The notes under the pieces were generated by a model, which saw nothing but the letters and a program-made list of their open reading frames with translations, was not told the DNA's origin and made no database searches. A stretch of 53,171 nucleotides of DNA, taken from assembly GCA_040081625.1 (NCBI GenBank), contig JBEBGD010000030.1, positions 1 through 53,171 on the forward strand, written 5' to 3'. Source of the DNA: Chthoniobacteraceae bacterium. Its GTDB lineage: Bacteria; Verrucomicrobiota; Verrucomicrobiia; Chthoniobacterales; Chthoniobacteraceae. Every line of letters begins with the position of its first letter. The first letter of the stretch is position 1. Made by a program: the position numbers and the translations under genes. This document shows, piece by piece, positions 9,564 through 17,626 of this stretch.

Positions 9564-10907
9564 ATGCCCGTCCCGCCGTCCTCCGTCGCTCGCGATCCGT
9601 ATGCGGCGTTTCGCGTGCCGGCTTACCGGCTCTATTCCATCGGGTATTTCATCTCGGTGCTCGGGCGCACGGGCGTTAGCGTCGCGATCGGTTACGAGCT
9701 CTATCAGCGCACGCACTCGGCCACGGCGCTCGGGCTCATCGGGCTGGTCGGCGCGCTGCCGGTGATCCTGCTCGCCCTGCCGGCGGGCCATCTCGCCGAT
9801 CGCGCGAATCGCAAAACGATCCTCATGACTGCGCAGATCGGCATGGGGCTCGGCTCGCTGTTTCTCTTCATTTTGTCGATGCATCATGCCGCCGTGCCGG
9901 CGTGGCCGGTGCTCGAGCGCCTCAGCTCTGCGCTCGAGTGGACGGCGCGATTTTTCGGCGAGAAAGGCGCGATCGCGTTCGATCCGGCGGTGCCGCTCAT
10001 GTTTGGCGCGCTGTTCCTGAACAGTTGCGCGCGGGCCTTTGGCTGGGCGGCGCGCGGCGCCTTCGTCGCGAACCTCCTCCCGCGCGCGCTGCTGACCAAC
10101 GCGATCACCTGGAACACTTCGCTCTTCCAAATGTCCGGGCTGATCGGCCCGGCGCTCGCCGGCCTCGTCATCGCGACGCTCGGGGTGCATGCGGCGTATG
10201 CGCTCGATGTGGTTTGCGGGATCGCGTTTTTCCTTTGCCTCGCGGGGGTCCGGCACACGCGCGATCCGGCGACGCACGTCGAGACACATTTCCTGAGCGG
10301 CCTGCGCTTCGTGTGGCGCTCGAAGGTGATCCTCGGCGCGATCACACTCGATCTTTTCGCGGTGCTCGTCGGCGGCGCGACGGCGCTGCTGCCCGTCTTC
10401 GCGGAGGAGATCCTGCACGTCGATGCGCGCGGGCTGGGCATGCTGCGCGCGGCGCCATCGCTCGGCGCGCTGGTGATGGGCTTCACGCTCGCACACCTGC
10501 CGCCGCTGCGTCGCGCGGGTGTCGTGCTGCTGTGGTCGGTGGTCGGCTTTGGGCTGGCGACGGTGCTCTTCGGCGTGTCGCAGAATTTCGTGCTTTCCTT
10601 CGTCGCGCTCGCGCTCACCGGCGCGCTCGACAACGTGAGCGTCGTCGTGCGGCACACGCTTGTGCAACTGCTCACGCCCGACGCGATGCGCGGCCGCGTG
10701 TCGGCGGTGAACAATGTCTTCATCAACTCCTCGAACGAACTCGGCCAGCTCGAGAGCGGGCTCACTGCGGCGCTTTTCGGCGTGGTCGGATCGGTCGTTG
10801 GTGGCGGGATCGGCGTGATCCTCGTCGTGCTGCTGGTCGCGTGGTATCTGCCGGAAGTGAGGAAGATCGGCACCCTGCACGACCTCGAACCGGAGGGCGA
10901 TCCTTAG
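9564..10907 (+). CDS. MFS transporter (DHA3/EntS-like)
   Basis: About 12 TMs, GHLADRANRK motif A, TPDAMRGRVSAVN. Confidence 0.88.
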   Translation: MPVPPSSVARDPYAAFRVPAYRLYSIGYFISVLGRTGVSVAIGYELYQRTHSATALGLIGLVGALPVILLALPAGHLADRANRKTILMTAQIGMGLGSLFLFILSMHHAAVPAWPVLERLSSALEWTARFFGEKGAIAFDPAVPLMFGALFLNSCARAFGWAARGAFVANLLPRALLTNAITWNTSLFQMSGLIGPALAGLVIATLGVHAAYALDVVCGIAFFLCLAGVRHTRDPATHVETHFLSGLRFVWRSKVILGAITLDLFAVLVGGATALLPVFAEEILHVDARGLGMLRAAPSLGALVMGFTLAHLPPLRRAGVVLLWSVVGFGLATVLFGVSQNFVLSFVALALTGALDNVSVVVRHTLVQLLTPDAMRGRVSAVNNVFINSSNELGQLESGLTAALFGVVGSVVGGGIGVILVVLLVAWYLPEVRKIGTLHDLEPEGDP

Positions 10908-11815
10908 GGCCGCGGGACGGCTGCGGCGACCGCTTCAACTTCGACGCGGGCCAGATCGCCCTCCGGCGCGGCGATCACGCGGACGTGAGGATTTGCCGGC
11001 GCCCAGACTTGCGGATCGGTCGGGCCGAAGAGCAGCACACACGGCGTGCCGACCGCCGCGGCGATGTGCGAGATGCCGCTGTCATGCCCGATGAATCCCG
11101 GGCATCGCGCGAGCACGGCGGCGAGCTGGGGCAGCGGAAGATCGCGGGCAAAGCGCAGGCGCGACGGGAACGCGGCATTGAGCTGCGCGAGGGTCGAGTG
11201 CTCGGCCTCGCCGCCGACGATGATAGGCGGCGTTTCGCGTTTGAGCAGGTGCGCGATGAGTTCGCGCCAGCGTTCGAGCGGCCAGTTCTTGCGGGCGCCC
11301 CCGCTGCCGGGGTGCAGCGCGAGTGGGCTTTCGTCGTGCAGCATTTCCGCGGCGAACTCGCGGTCCGCCTCTCCCGGGAAGAGCGCGGCGGCTGGTTCGT
11401 CGAGATAGAGCGCGAGCCTCTGCAGGGGTCGCGCGAGCTGGTGCGCGGCGTGCGCGCTGTCGTCGATGCGTGCATACGCGTGGAGGTAGTTCTTCACTCC
11501 CGCGCGTCGCAGGTTTGCCTCGAAAATGCCGTCGGGATCGAAGAGGTAGCTGACGACTTGCTGGAAGCCGGCGAAGTAATCGCACAGCTCGGCGTCGAGC
11601 GTGCCGCCGCGCGCGAAGAACCCGGCGAGCGGCCCGTATTCGATCGAGCGCACCGCCTCGGCGTAGTAGCGGCCCTCGGCGAGCGCTGCGATGTGGCGGT
11701 AGCCGATCAGCTCGACCTGCGCGGCGGGGAAGGCTTCGCGCAGCAGCCGCAGTGCGGGCAGCGTGAGGATGAAATCTCCGATCGCGCCGCCGCGGATGAC
11801 GAGGATGCGACCCAT
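10904..11815 (-). CDS. Glycosyltransferase family 9 (LPS heptosyltransferase-like)
   Basis: RILVIRGGAIGDFILTLP, LHPGSGG.RKNWP, GHDSGISHIAAAVG.P.V.LFGPT. Confidence 0.9.
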   Translation of the reverse strand: MGRILVIRGGAIGDFILTLPALRLLREAFPAAQVELIGYRHIAALAEGRYYAEAVRSIEYGPLAGFFARGGTLDAELCDYFAGFQQVVSYLFDPDGIFEANLRRAGVKNYLHAYARIDDSAHAAHQLARPLQRLALYLDEPAAALFPGEADREFAAEMLHDESPLALHPGSGGARKNWPLERWRELIAHLLKRETPPIIVGGEAEHSTLAQLNAAFPSRLRFARDLPLPQLAAVLARCPGFIGHDSGISHIAAAVGTPCVLLFGPTDPQVWAPANPHVRVIAAPEGDLARVEVEAVAAAVPRP

Positions 11816-11845
11816 GCAGCGCTACGCCCGCGACGCGCCGGCCAG

Positions 11846-12022
11846 TCAGCGCCCCTCGGCGTTCATCATCCCACCGAGCGGCCCCTGGCTTTCCCAGCGC
11901 TCAGGCCGGTTCCATGGGATCGTGCTCACACGATTCGGGTCGTCGCTTTCGGATGATGCGCAGCCGCCCAGCACGAGCGAACTCCAGACGAGAAGTAGAG
12001 CGGCGAGAAGGCGAACCATCAT
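11846..12022 (-). CDS. Small lipoprotein, 58 aa (not in ORF track)
   Basis: Manual translation: MMVRLLAALLLVWSSLVLGGCASSESDDPNRVSTIPWNRPERWESQGPLGGMMNAEGR*. Hydrophobic signal with lipobox LGG-C. Fills the gap between two same-strand genes. Confidence 0.75.
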   Translation of the reverse strand: MMVRLLAALLLVWSSLVLGGCASSESDDPNRVSTIPWNRPERWESQGPLGGMMNAEGR

Positions 12023-12039
12023 GGCCGGCTCCGGAGTGC

Positions 12040-12831
12040 TCAGCGAGCGCCCTGGTAGATGACGGTGTCGCCCGGCTGCACGCTCTCGCCGCGCGCGAGT
12101 GAACCGGGGAGCACATCGGCGATTGCCGTGCTCGGCTCGACGGTGGTGACCTTCACCTTGCCGATCATCGCGCCGGAGCGGGTGACGACCATCTGCACGC
12201 CGGATTTGAGCCCGGCCTTGTCGCCGAGATTGACGACGACGAAATTCCAGCCGGGATTGTAGGCGAGGACTTTTCCGGTCAATCCGTTGCGGACGTAGCC
12301 GGACTTGTATTCGGCGATCGTGCGGTCCTTGGTGGCGAACTGTGCCTCCGCCTCGTCCTTCTTTTGCTGAAGCGTCGCCTGCACCTGCTTGGCCTCGGCG
12401 AGCTCGGTCTCGAGCTTGGCTTTCGAATCGTTCAAATCCTTGATCGAGGCGACGAGCTTGTCGGGTTCGATGCCTTTGAACTGCTCCTTGATCTTGTCGA
12501 GCTCGCCCTGCACACCGGCGAGCTTCGTGGTCGCGTCCGCGGCCTCGGTCTGCGCCTTCACGAGATCGGCCTTCGCCGTGTCGAGCATTCCCTTGGTTGA
12601 AGTGAGCTCGTCCTCGGTCTTCTTGAGTCTGTCCTGCGTGTCCGCGAGTTCCTTCTTCGTGTCCTCGAGTTCGCCCTGCGTCTTCTTCAGCTCGGCCTTC
12701 GTCTTCGCGAGGTCAGCCCTCGTGTTGCTGAGATCAGTTTGCAGCGCCTTCGCCTGTTCGGTGCTCTTGTAACCCAGGAATGCGGCGCCGAGCGCGAGCA
12801 CGATCGACAATATCAGAAAAATGCGGGCCAT
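12040..12831 (-). CDS. Membrane-anchored coiled-coil protein with C-terminal beta domain
   Basis: N-terminal TM, about 150-aa heptad coiled coil, C-terminal GKVLAYNPGWNFVVVNLG...IGKVKVTTVE...GDTV. Strongly biased codon usage. Confidence 0.85.
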   Translation of the reverse strand: MARIFLILSIVLALGAAFLGYKSTEQAKALQTDLSNTRADLAKTKAELKKTQGELEDTKKELADTQDRLKKTEDELTSTKGMLDTAKADLVKAQTEAADATTKLAGVQGELDKIKEQFKGIEPDKLVASIKDLNDSKAKLETELAEAKQVQATLQQKKDEAEAQFATKDRTIAEYKSGYVRNGLTGKVLAYNPGWNFVVVNLGDKAGLKSGVQMVVTRSGAMIGKVKVTTVEPSTAIADVLPGSLARGESVQPGDTVIYQGAR

Positions 12832-12973
12832 TGGTTGGTGGTTTGGAGCTGAAGCTGGTTTAGGGGAACTGGGCGCGACTGGTCAAGCCGCAGCTTGGTT
12901 CGGGGCGCTGATAAAGCGGGACTGCTCTGGCTTGGCAAGCGGGAACTCCGTTTTTTTCGTCACAAAATTCCCC

Positions 12974-13001
12974 TTGTGACCCGCAGACCCCCGGGCATCG
13001 T
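12974..13001 (+). promoter_or_regulatory. Putative sigma70-like promoter for SRP RNA
   Basis: TTGTGA-16 nt-CATCGT ending about 7 nt before the SRP RNA 5' stem. Confidence 0.4.
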
Positions 13002-13008
13002 TCGCGCC

Positions 13009-13102
<94 letters not shown>

Positions 13103-13166
13103 CTCCCTTTTTCGCCACGCACTTTCCATTTGTGCGCGCCCGCCTCGTGCCCTTTCCTCCGCGCCC

Positions 13167-14399
13167 ATGTTTCGCACCGGCGCACAGCTCTTCATCCTCA
13201 CGGCCATCGTGGGACTGCTGCTCATGCGCGAGTCCGTGCGCGAGCCGCTCCTGCGTGTCGAGGAAGGCTACGCGGACTTTCTCGCGATGAATGCGCAGCG
13301 CCGCGAGCCGCCGCCGGGCATCACGCTCGTGCGCATCGACGAGACGAATCTGCGCGAGCACAGATGGCCGTGGTCGCCGCTGGACTTCGCGCTGTTTTTC
13401 CAATCGGCCAATGGCTTCCGCCCCGAGGTGCTCGCGACGGACGAAGTCTTCAGCTGGGAGCTATCGGGCAAGAACGCCCAATACGCGCAGATCCTCCGCG
13501 AGCACGTGCTCAAGGCTCCGCGCGTGCTGCTCGGCGCGCGGCTCGGATGGCCGGAGGATCCCGACAAACTTCCGCCGCTCGAGTCCACCCAGGTGCTGCG
13601 CAAGGTCAGCGGAGATCTCGAGCGCGTGCCGGAGTTCACCATCATCGAGGCGCAGTCCTCCGATGAGTTCCGCCTCTCGAGCACGTCGGGCTTCACGAAT
13701 CTGCCCGGCCCCGACAACTGGCACCGCAGCGTGCCGCTCGTGCTGCGCTATCGCGGGCAGCTCGTGCCCACCTTTGTCCTCCAGGCTGTGCTGCTGTGGG
13801 AAAAAGCCGCGCTCGACGATGTCACCGTCGCGCTCGGATCGCACATCGCGATCGGCGACCGGCTCTCCATCCCGATCAATGCCGCCGGCCAGATGCGTGT
13901 CGATTTCGGCGCCGGGCGCGACCACTGCGGGCTCGACGATCTCGTGCTCGCCGCCGAGCAGCGCGACGCGCAGAGCGATCCGCGGCTGCCGACACAATTC
14001 TTCGCCGGCCGCTTCCTGCTGCTCTCGCGAACCGATGTCGCGGCCACCACGATGCGACTCGCGCGCGGGCGGCCCGGCTCGCGCGGCGAGCTTTTCGCCG
14101 CAGCCATCGCCACGATCCAGGGCCGCTCCTTCATCCAGCGCGCGCCATGGTGGAGCGACCTCGTCATCATCGGATTCTTCGCGCTGATGAGCTACTGGGT
14201 GCCGCGCTGGAGCAGGGGGATGACAGCCTTTGTCGGGCTCGCCATCCTCCCCGCCTACACGCTTGTCGCGCTCGGTCTCTTCGGCGCGAAGCTCACGTGG
14301 ATCTCCGCGGTCATCCCGGCCGGGCAGATTCTTTTTCTCATCCTCTACCGCCTCGTCTCGCCGAACATCGACCGATGGGCCGTGCCGCCGAAGCGCTAG
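13167..14399 (+). CDS. CHASE2-domain membrane protein without an output domain
   Basis: N-terminal TM, ITLVRIDE...WPWSP, GFTNLP, SVPLV.RY...VPTFVLQ, IPINAAGQMRV, three C-terminal TMs, then the stop. Start at MFRTG (13167). Confidence 0.7.
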   Translation: MFRTGAQLFILTAIVGLLLMRESVREPLLRVEEGYADFLAMNAQRREPPPGITLVRIDETNLREHRWPWSPLDFALFFQSANGFRPEVLATDEVFSWELSGKNAQYAQILREHVLKAPRVLLGARLGWPEDPDKLPPLESTQVLRKVSGDLERVPEFTIIEAQSSDEFRLSSTSGFTNLPGPDNWHRSVPLVLRYRGQLVPTFVLQAVLLWEKAALDDVTVALGSHIAIGDRLSIPINAAGQMRVDFGAGRDHCGLDDLVLAAEQRDAQSDPRLPTQFFAGRFLLLSRTDVAATTMRLARGRPGSRGELFAAAIATIQGRSFIQRAPWWSDLVIIGFFALMSYWVPRWSRGMTAFVGLAILPAYTLVALGLFGAKLTWISAVIPAGQILFLILYRLVSPNIDRWAVPPKR

Positions 14400-14403
14400 G
14401 CCG

Positions 14404-15780
14404 ATGACTTTCACACGGCTGACCCGGGGCGTCGAAATCGGCGCAAACTGCTACGCGCTCGAACTCGCCGGCCAGCGCCTCGTCCTCGACTCCGGCCAGA
14501 ATCCGCGCACCGATGGCCGCGAGGGGCAGCCGCAATTCGACCTGCTCGCGCCCGGCAGCGTGGACGCGATCGTCGTCTCGCACGCGCACCACGACCACCT
14601 CGGCTCGCTGCCCGTGCTCCAGCGCCTGCAACCGCAGGCGCGCGTCTTTCTCTCCGAGGCCACGCGGCAGCTCAGCGACATCATGCTGCACAACTCGGTC
14701 AATGTGATGCACCGCCGGCTCGAGCAAGGCGCGACCGAGTTGCCGCAGTTCACGCATCGCGAAGTCGGAGTGGTCACAAAACGCTGGCAGCCCGTGCCGT
14801 TCGCGACACGTTTCGATCTCCACGGCGAGCGCCTCGGCCCGCACGACGAGGCGCCGGTTGCGCTCGAGTTTTTCGACGCCGGCCACATCCTCGGCTCGGT
14901 CGGCGTGCGCATCCGCGCGGAAGGCCGCACGATCTTCTACACGGGCGATGTGCAGTTCGACGACCAGACGCTCTCCCGCGGCGCAGTCTTCCCCGATGAA
15001 CCCGTCGATGTGCTCATCATCGAGACCACGCGCGGCGCTGTCGCGATGGAGCCGGGCTGGACGCGCGAGGGCGAGGAGCAGCGCTTCGCCACCGCGCTGC
15101 GCGAAGTCTTCGATGGCGGCGGCTCGGTGCTCATCCCCACCTTCGCGCTCGGCAAAACGCAGGAAATGCTCGCGCTCTTTTACAAGATGCGCCTCGCAGG
15201 CCTCGTGCGCGAAGACCTGCCGATCTACCTCACCGGCCTCGGCACGAAGCTCACCGAGGTCCACGACAAGCTCGCCGCGCAGACCCGCCGCCACTACGCG
15301 AACATCCGGCTCCTGCACGAGGTCGAGCATTTCATGATCCGTCAGGACAACATCGCCGAGCAGTCGCTCAAGCCGCGCCGCATCTATGCGCTCTCGAGCG
15401 GCATGATGACCGAGCACACGCTCTCGAACGTCTTCGCGCGGCGCCTCATCGACAAGCCGGAGCACGCCGTGTTTTTCGTCGGCTACTGCGACCCGCTCAC
15501 GCCCGGCTACGCCCTGCGCCACAGCGCGCCGGGCGGGCTGGTGCAGCTCGATGCCGCGCTGCCGCCGCAGCCGCGCAATTGCCGAATCGAGCGCTTCGAC
15601 TTCAGCGGTCACGCCTCGCGCGAAAGTCTTCGCGCCTTCGCCAATCGCGTGCGCCCGAAAAAAATCCTGCTCGTTCATGGCGACGTCGAGGCGTCCGTCT
15701 GGTTCCAGCAGGTGCTCGCCGCGGACCTGCCGGATGCCGAGGTGATCATCCCCGCGCCGGGCGAACCGATCGAGTTGTGA
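14404..15780 (+). CDS. MBL-fold beta-CASP ribonuclease (CPSF73/Ysh1-like)
   Basis: EIGANCY, LVLDSG, SHAHHDHLG, AGHILGS, YTGD, LIPTFALGKTQE, FSGHA, LVHGD. Confidence 0.88.
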   Translation: MTFTRLTRGVEIGANCYALELAGQRLVLDSGQNPRTDGREGQPQFDLLAPGSVDAIVVSHAHHDHLGSLPVLQRLQPQARVFLSEATRQLSDIMLHNSVNVMHRRLEQGATELPQFTHREVGVVTKRWQPVPFATRFDLHGERLGPHDEAPVALEFFDAGHILGSVGVRIRAEGRTIFYTGDVQFDDQTLSRGAVFPDEPVDVLIIETTRGAVAMEPGWTREGEEQRFATALREVFDGGGSVLIPTFALGKTQEMLALFYKMRLAGLVREDLPIYLTGLGTKLTEVHDKLAAQTRRHYANIRLLHEVEHFMIRQDNIAEQSLKPRRIYALSSGMMTEHTLSNVFARRLIDKPEHAVFFVGYCDPLTPGYALRHSAPGGLVQLDAALPPQPRNCRIERFDFSGHASRESLRAFANRVRPKKILLVHGDVEASVWFQQVLAADLPDAEVIIPAPGEPIEL

Positions 15781-17006
15781 GCCAGGCCGCCGCGCCTTTC
15801 CTCCGCCTGCTCCGCCGCGGGCCGTTCGCGCGCTACATGGCCGGCGAGACGATCTCGATGGTCGGCGCGTGGATGCAGATGTTCGCGCAAGGCTGGCTGC
15901 TCACCACGCTCACACCCGAAGCGACCGCGCTCGGCTGGCTCACCTTCGCCGGCGGCGTGCCGACGCTGATCTTCTCGATGTTCGCCGGCTCGCTCGCCGA
16001 CCGCTTCGACAAGCGCCGCATCCTCCTCGCCGTGCTCATCGCGCAGCTCATCTTCGCCGTGCTCATCGGCTGGCTCGCGCAGACCGGCGCGATCCGCATC
16101 TGGCATCTCTACGCCGTCACTGCCGCGCTCGGTCTCATCGCCGCGTTTGAAGTGCCCGCCGTCTCCTCATTCGTCCCCGAGCTCGTCGCGAAGGACGACC
16201 TCGCACGCGCGCTCGCGATCGATCGCGCGTCATTCCACTTCACGCGCATGATCGGCCCCGCGCTCGCCGGGTGGCTCGTCGGGCAGTTCGGCGTGCCCAC
16301 GGCCTACTATCTCAATGCCGCGAGCTTCCTCGCGCTCATGTGGGCCATCCTCACCATCGGCCCGCGCGCCCGCGGCACCGTCGAGGAGGAGGAAATGCGC
16401 CAGGGGCCGATGCGTGCGGGCTTCGACTTCGTGCGCCGCGATGCGCCGACGCGCGCGATGATCCTGCTCATGGCCGCGATGAGTTGCTTCGCCTCGCCGT
16501 TCTTCATGGTCACGCTGCCCGTCTATGCGCGCAGCGTGCTCGGGCTCGATGCGGCGCGCATGGGCGTGCTCATGGCCTTCTCCGGTGTCGGGTCATTCAT
16601 CGGCGCACTCTCGCTCCTGACGCTCCCGCCCGGCAGGCGCGCGATCTTCCTCAAGTGCGGCAGCGCCGCCGCCGTCCTCGGCCTCGGCACGCTCGCGCTC
16701 GCTCCATCCTTCGACATCGCGGCGGTCGGCATCGCGCTGATGACGCTCGGCCTCTCGACCACCTTCGGCACGTCGCACATCGTCGTGCAGGAACGCGCGC
16801 CCGACCCGATCCGCGGCCGCGTCTCCGCCGTCGCGAGCCTTTCGTTCTTCGGCACCATGCCCTTCGCCGGCCTCGCGATGGCGGCGCTCGCCGATCACTT
16901 CGGCCTGCGGCGCGTGATGCTCGGCGGCGCCGCTTGCTTCGCGCTCGCCGCCGCCGCGTTGCTCGCCGGTCGAAAACAACTCGCCTCCGCGCCGCCGAGT
17001 GCGTGA
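15777..17006 (+). CDS. MFS transporter (DHA3-like)
   Basis: GSLADRFDKRR, APDPIRGRVSA, about 12 TMs. GTG start overlaps the upstream stop (GTGA). Confidence 0.85.
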   Translation: MSQAAAPFLRLLRRGPFARYMAGETISMVGAWMQMFAQGWLLTTLTPEATALGWLTFAGGVPTLIFSMFAGSLADRFDKRRILLAVLIAQLIFAVLIGWLAQTGAIRIWHLYAVTAALGLIAAFEVPAVSSFVPELVAKDDLARALAIDRASFHFTRMIGPALAGWLVGQFGVPTAYYLNAASFLALMWAILTIGPRARGTVEEEEMRQGPMRAGFDFVRRDAPTRAMILLMAAMSCFASPFFMVTLPVYARSVLGLDAARMGVLMAFSGVGSFIGALSLLTLPPGRRAIFLKCGSAAAVLGLGTLALAPSFDIAAVGIALMTLGLSTTFGTSHIVVQERAPDPIRGRVSAVASLSFFGTMPFAGLAMAALADHFGLRRVMLGGAACFALAAAALLAGRKQLASAPPSA

Positions 17007-17052
17007 TCGAGCGACCTTGCCGAAGCTGAATCCACTCGATACCGTTCCCCTC

Positions 17053-17277
17053 ATGAATTACGCACACCTCATCACGGTTGAGCCCGGCAAGCGCAGCGGC
17101 AAGCCGTGTATTCGCGGGATGCGGATCACCGTCTATGACGTGCTGGAGTATCTCGCCTCGGGCATGACGGAGGATGAGATTCTGGCGGACTTTTCAGAAC
17201 TGACCCGCGAGGACATCAAAGCGTGCCTGGCGTTCGCCGCCGACCGCGAGCGCAAGCTCTTCAACGCCGCGGCGTGA
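17053..17277 (+). CDS. DUF433-family antitoxin
   Basis: PGKRSGKPCIRGMRITVYDVLEYLASGMT.DEIL.DF.EL..EDI.ACL.FAA. Confidence 0.92.
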   Translation: MNYAHLITVEPGKRSGKPCIRGMRITVYDVLEYLASGMTEDEILADFSELTREDIKACLAFAADRERKLFNAAA

Positions 17278-17606
17278 AGCTGCTGCTCGACGAGAACCTG
17301 TCGGACCGGATTGTCCCGCAGATTCTCGATCTCTTCCCCGACTCTTCGCACGTCAAGGCCCACAGCCTCACTCGCACCGACGACTTGCTCATTTGGTCTT
17401 TCGCGCAGGAGCACGGCTACACGATCGTTTCCAAGGATGCGGACTTTCATCAGCGCAGCCTGGTCTTCGGCCACCCGCCCAAGCTCGTCTTTCTCCGCAT
17501 CGGCAATTGCCCGACCAACCGGATCACGGAACTACTGCGCTCCAGCCATGGCCTGCTCTCGGCTTTCGAAGCCGATCCGGGCACCAGCATCCTCGTGCTC
17601 CCATAG
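17274..17606 (+). CDS. DUF5615 PIN-like toxin (VapC45-like)
   Basis: KLLLDENLS, D..IW.FA....Y.IVSKDADF, GHPPK.V.LR.GNCPT. GTGA coupling to the DUF433 gene. Confidence 0.9.
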   Translation: MKLLLDENLSDRIVPQILDLFPDSSHVKAHSLTRTDDLLIWSFAQEHGYTIVSKDADFHQRSLVFGHPPKLVFLRIGNCPTNRITELLRSSHGLLSAFEADPGTSILVLP

Positions 17607-17626
17607 GCGCGTCTCTCTCTTCCGCC

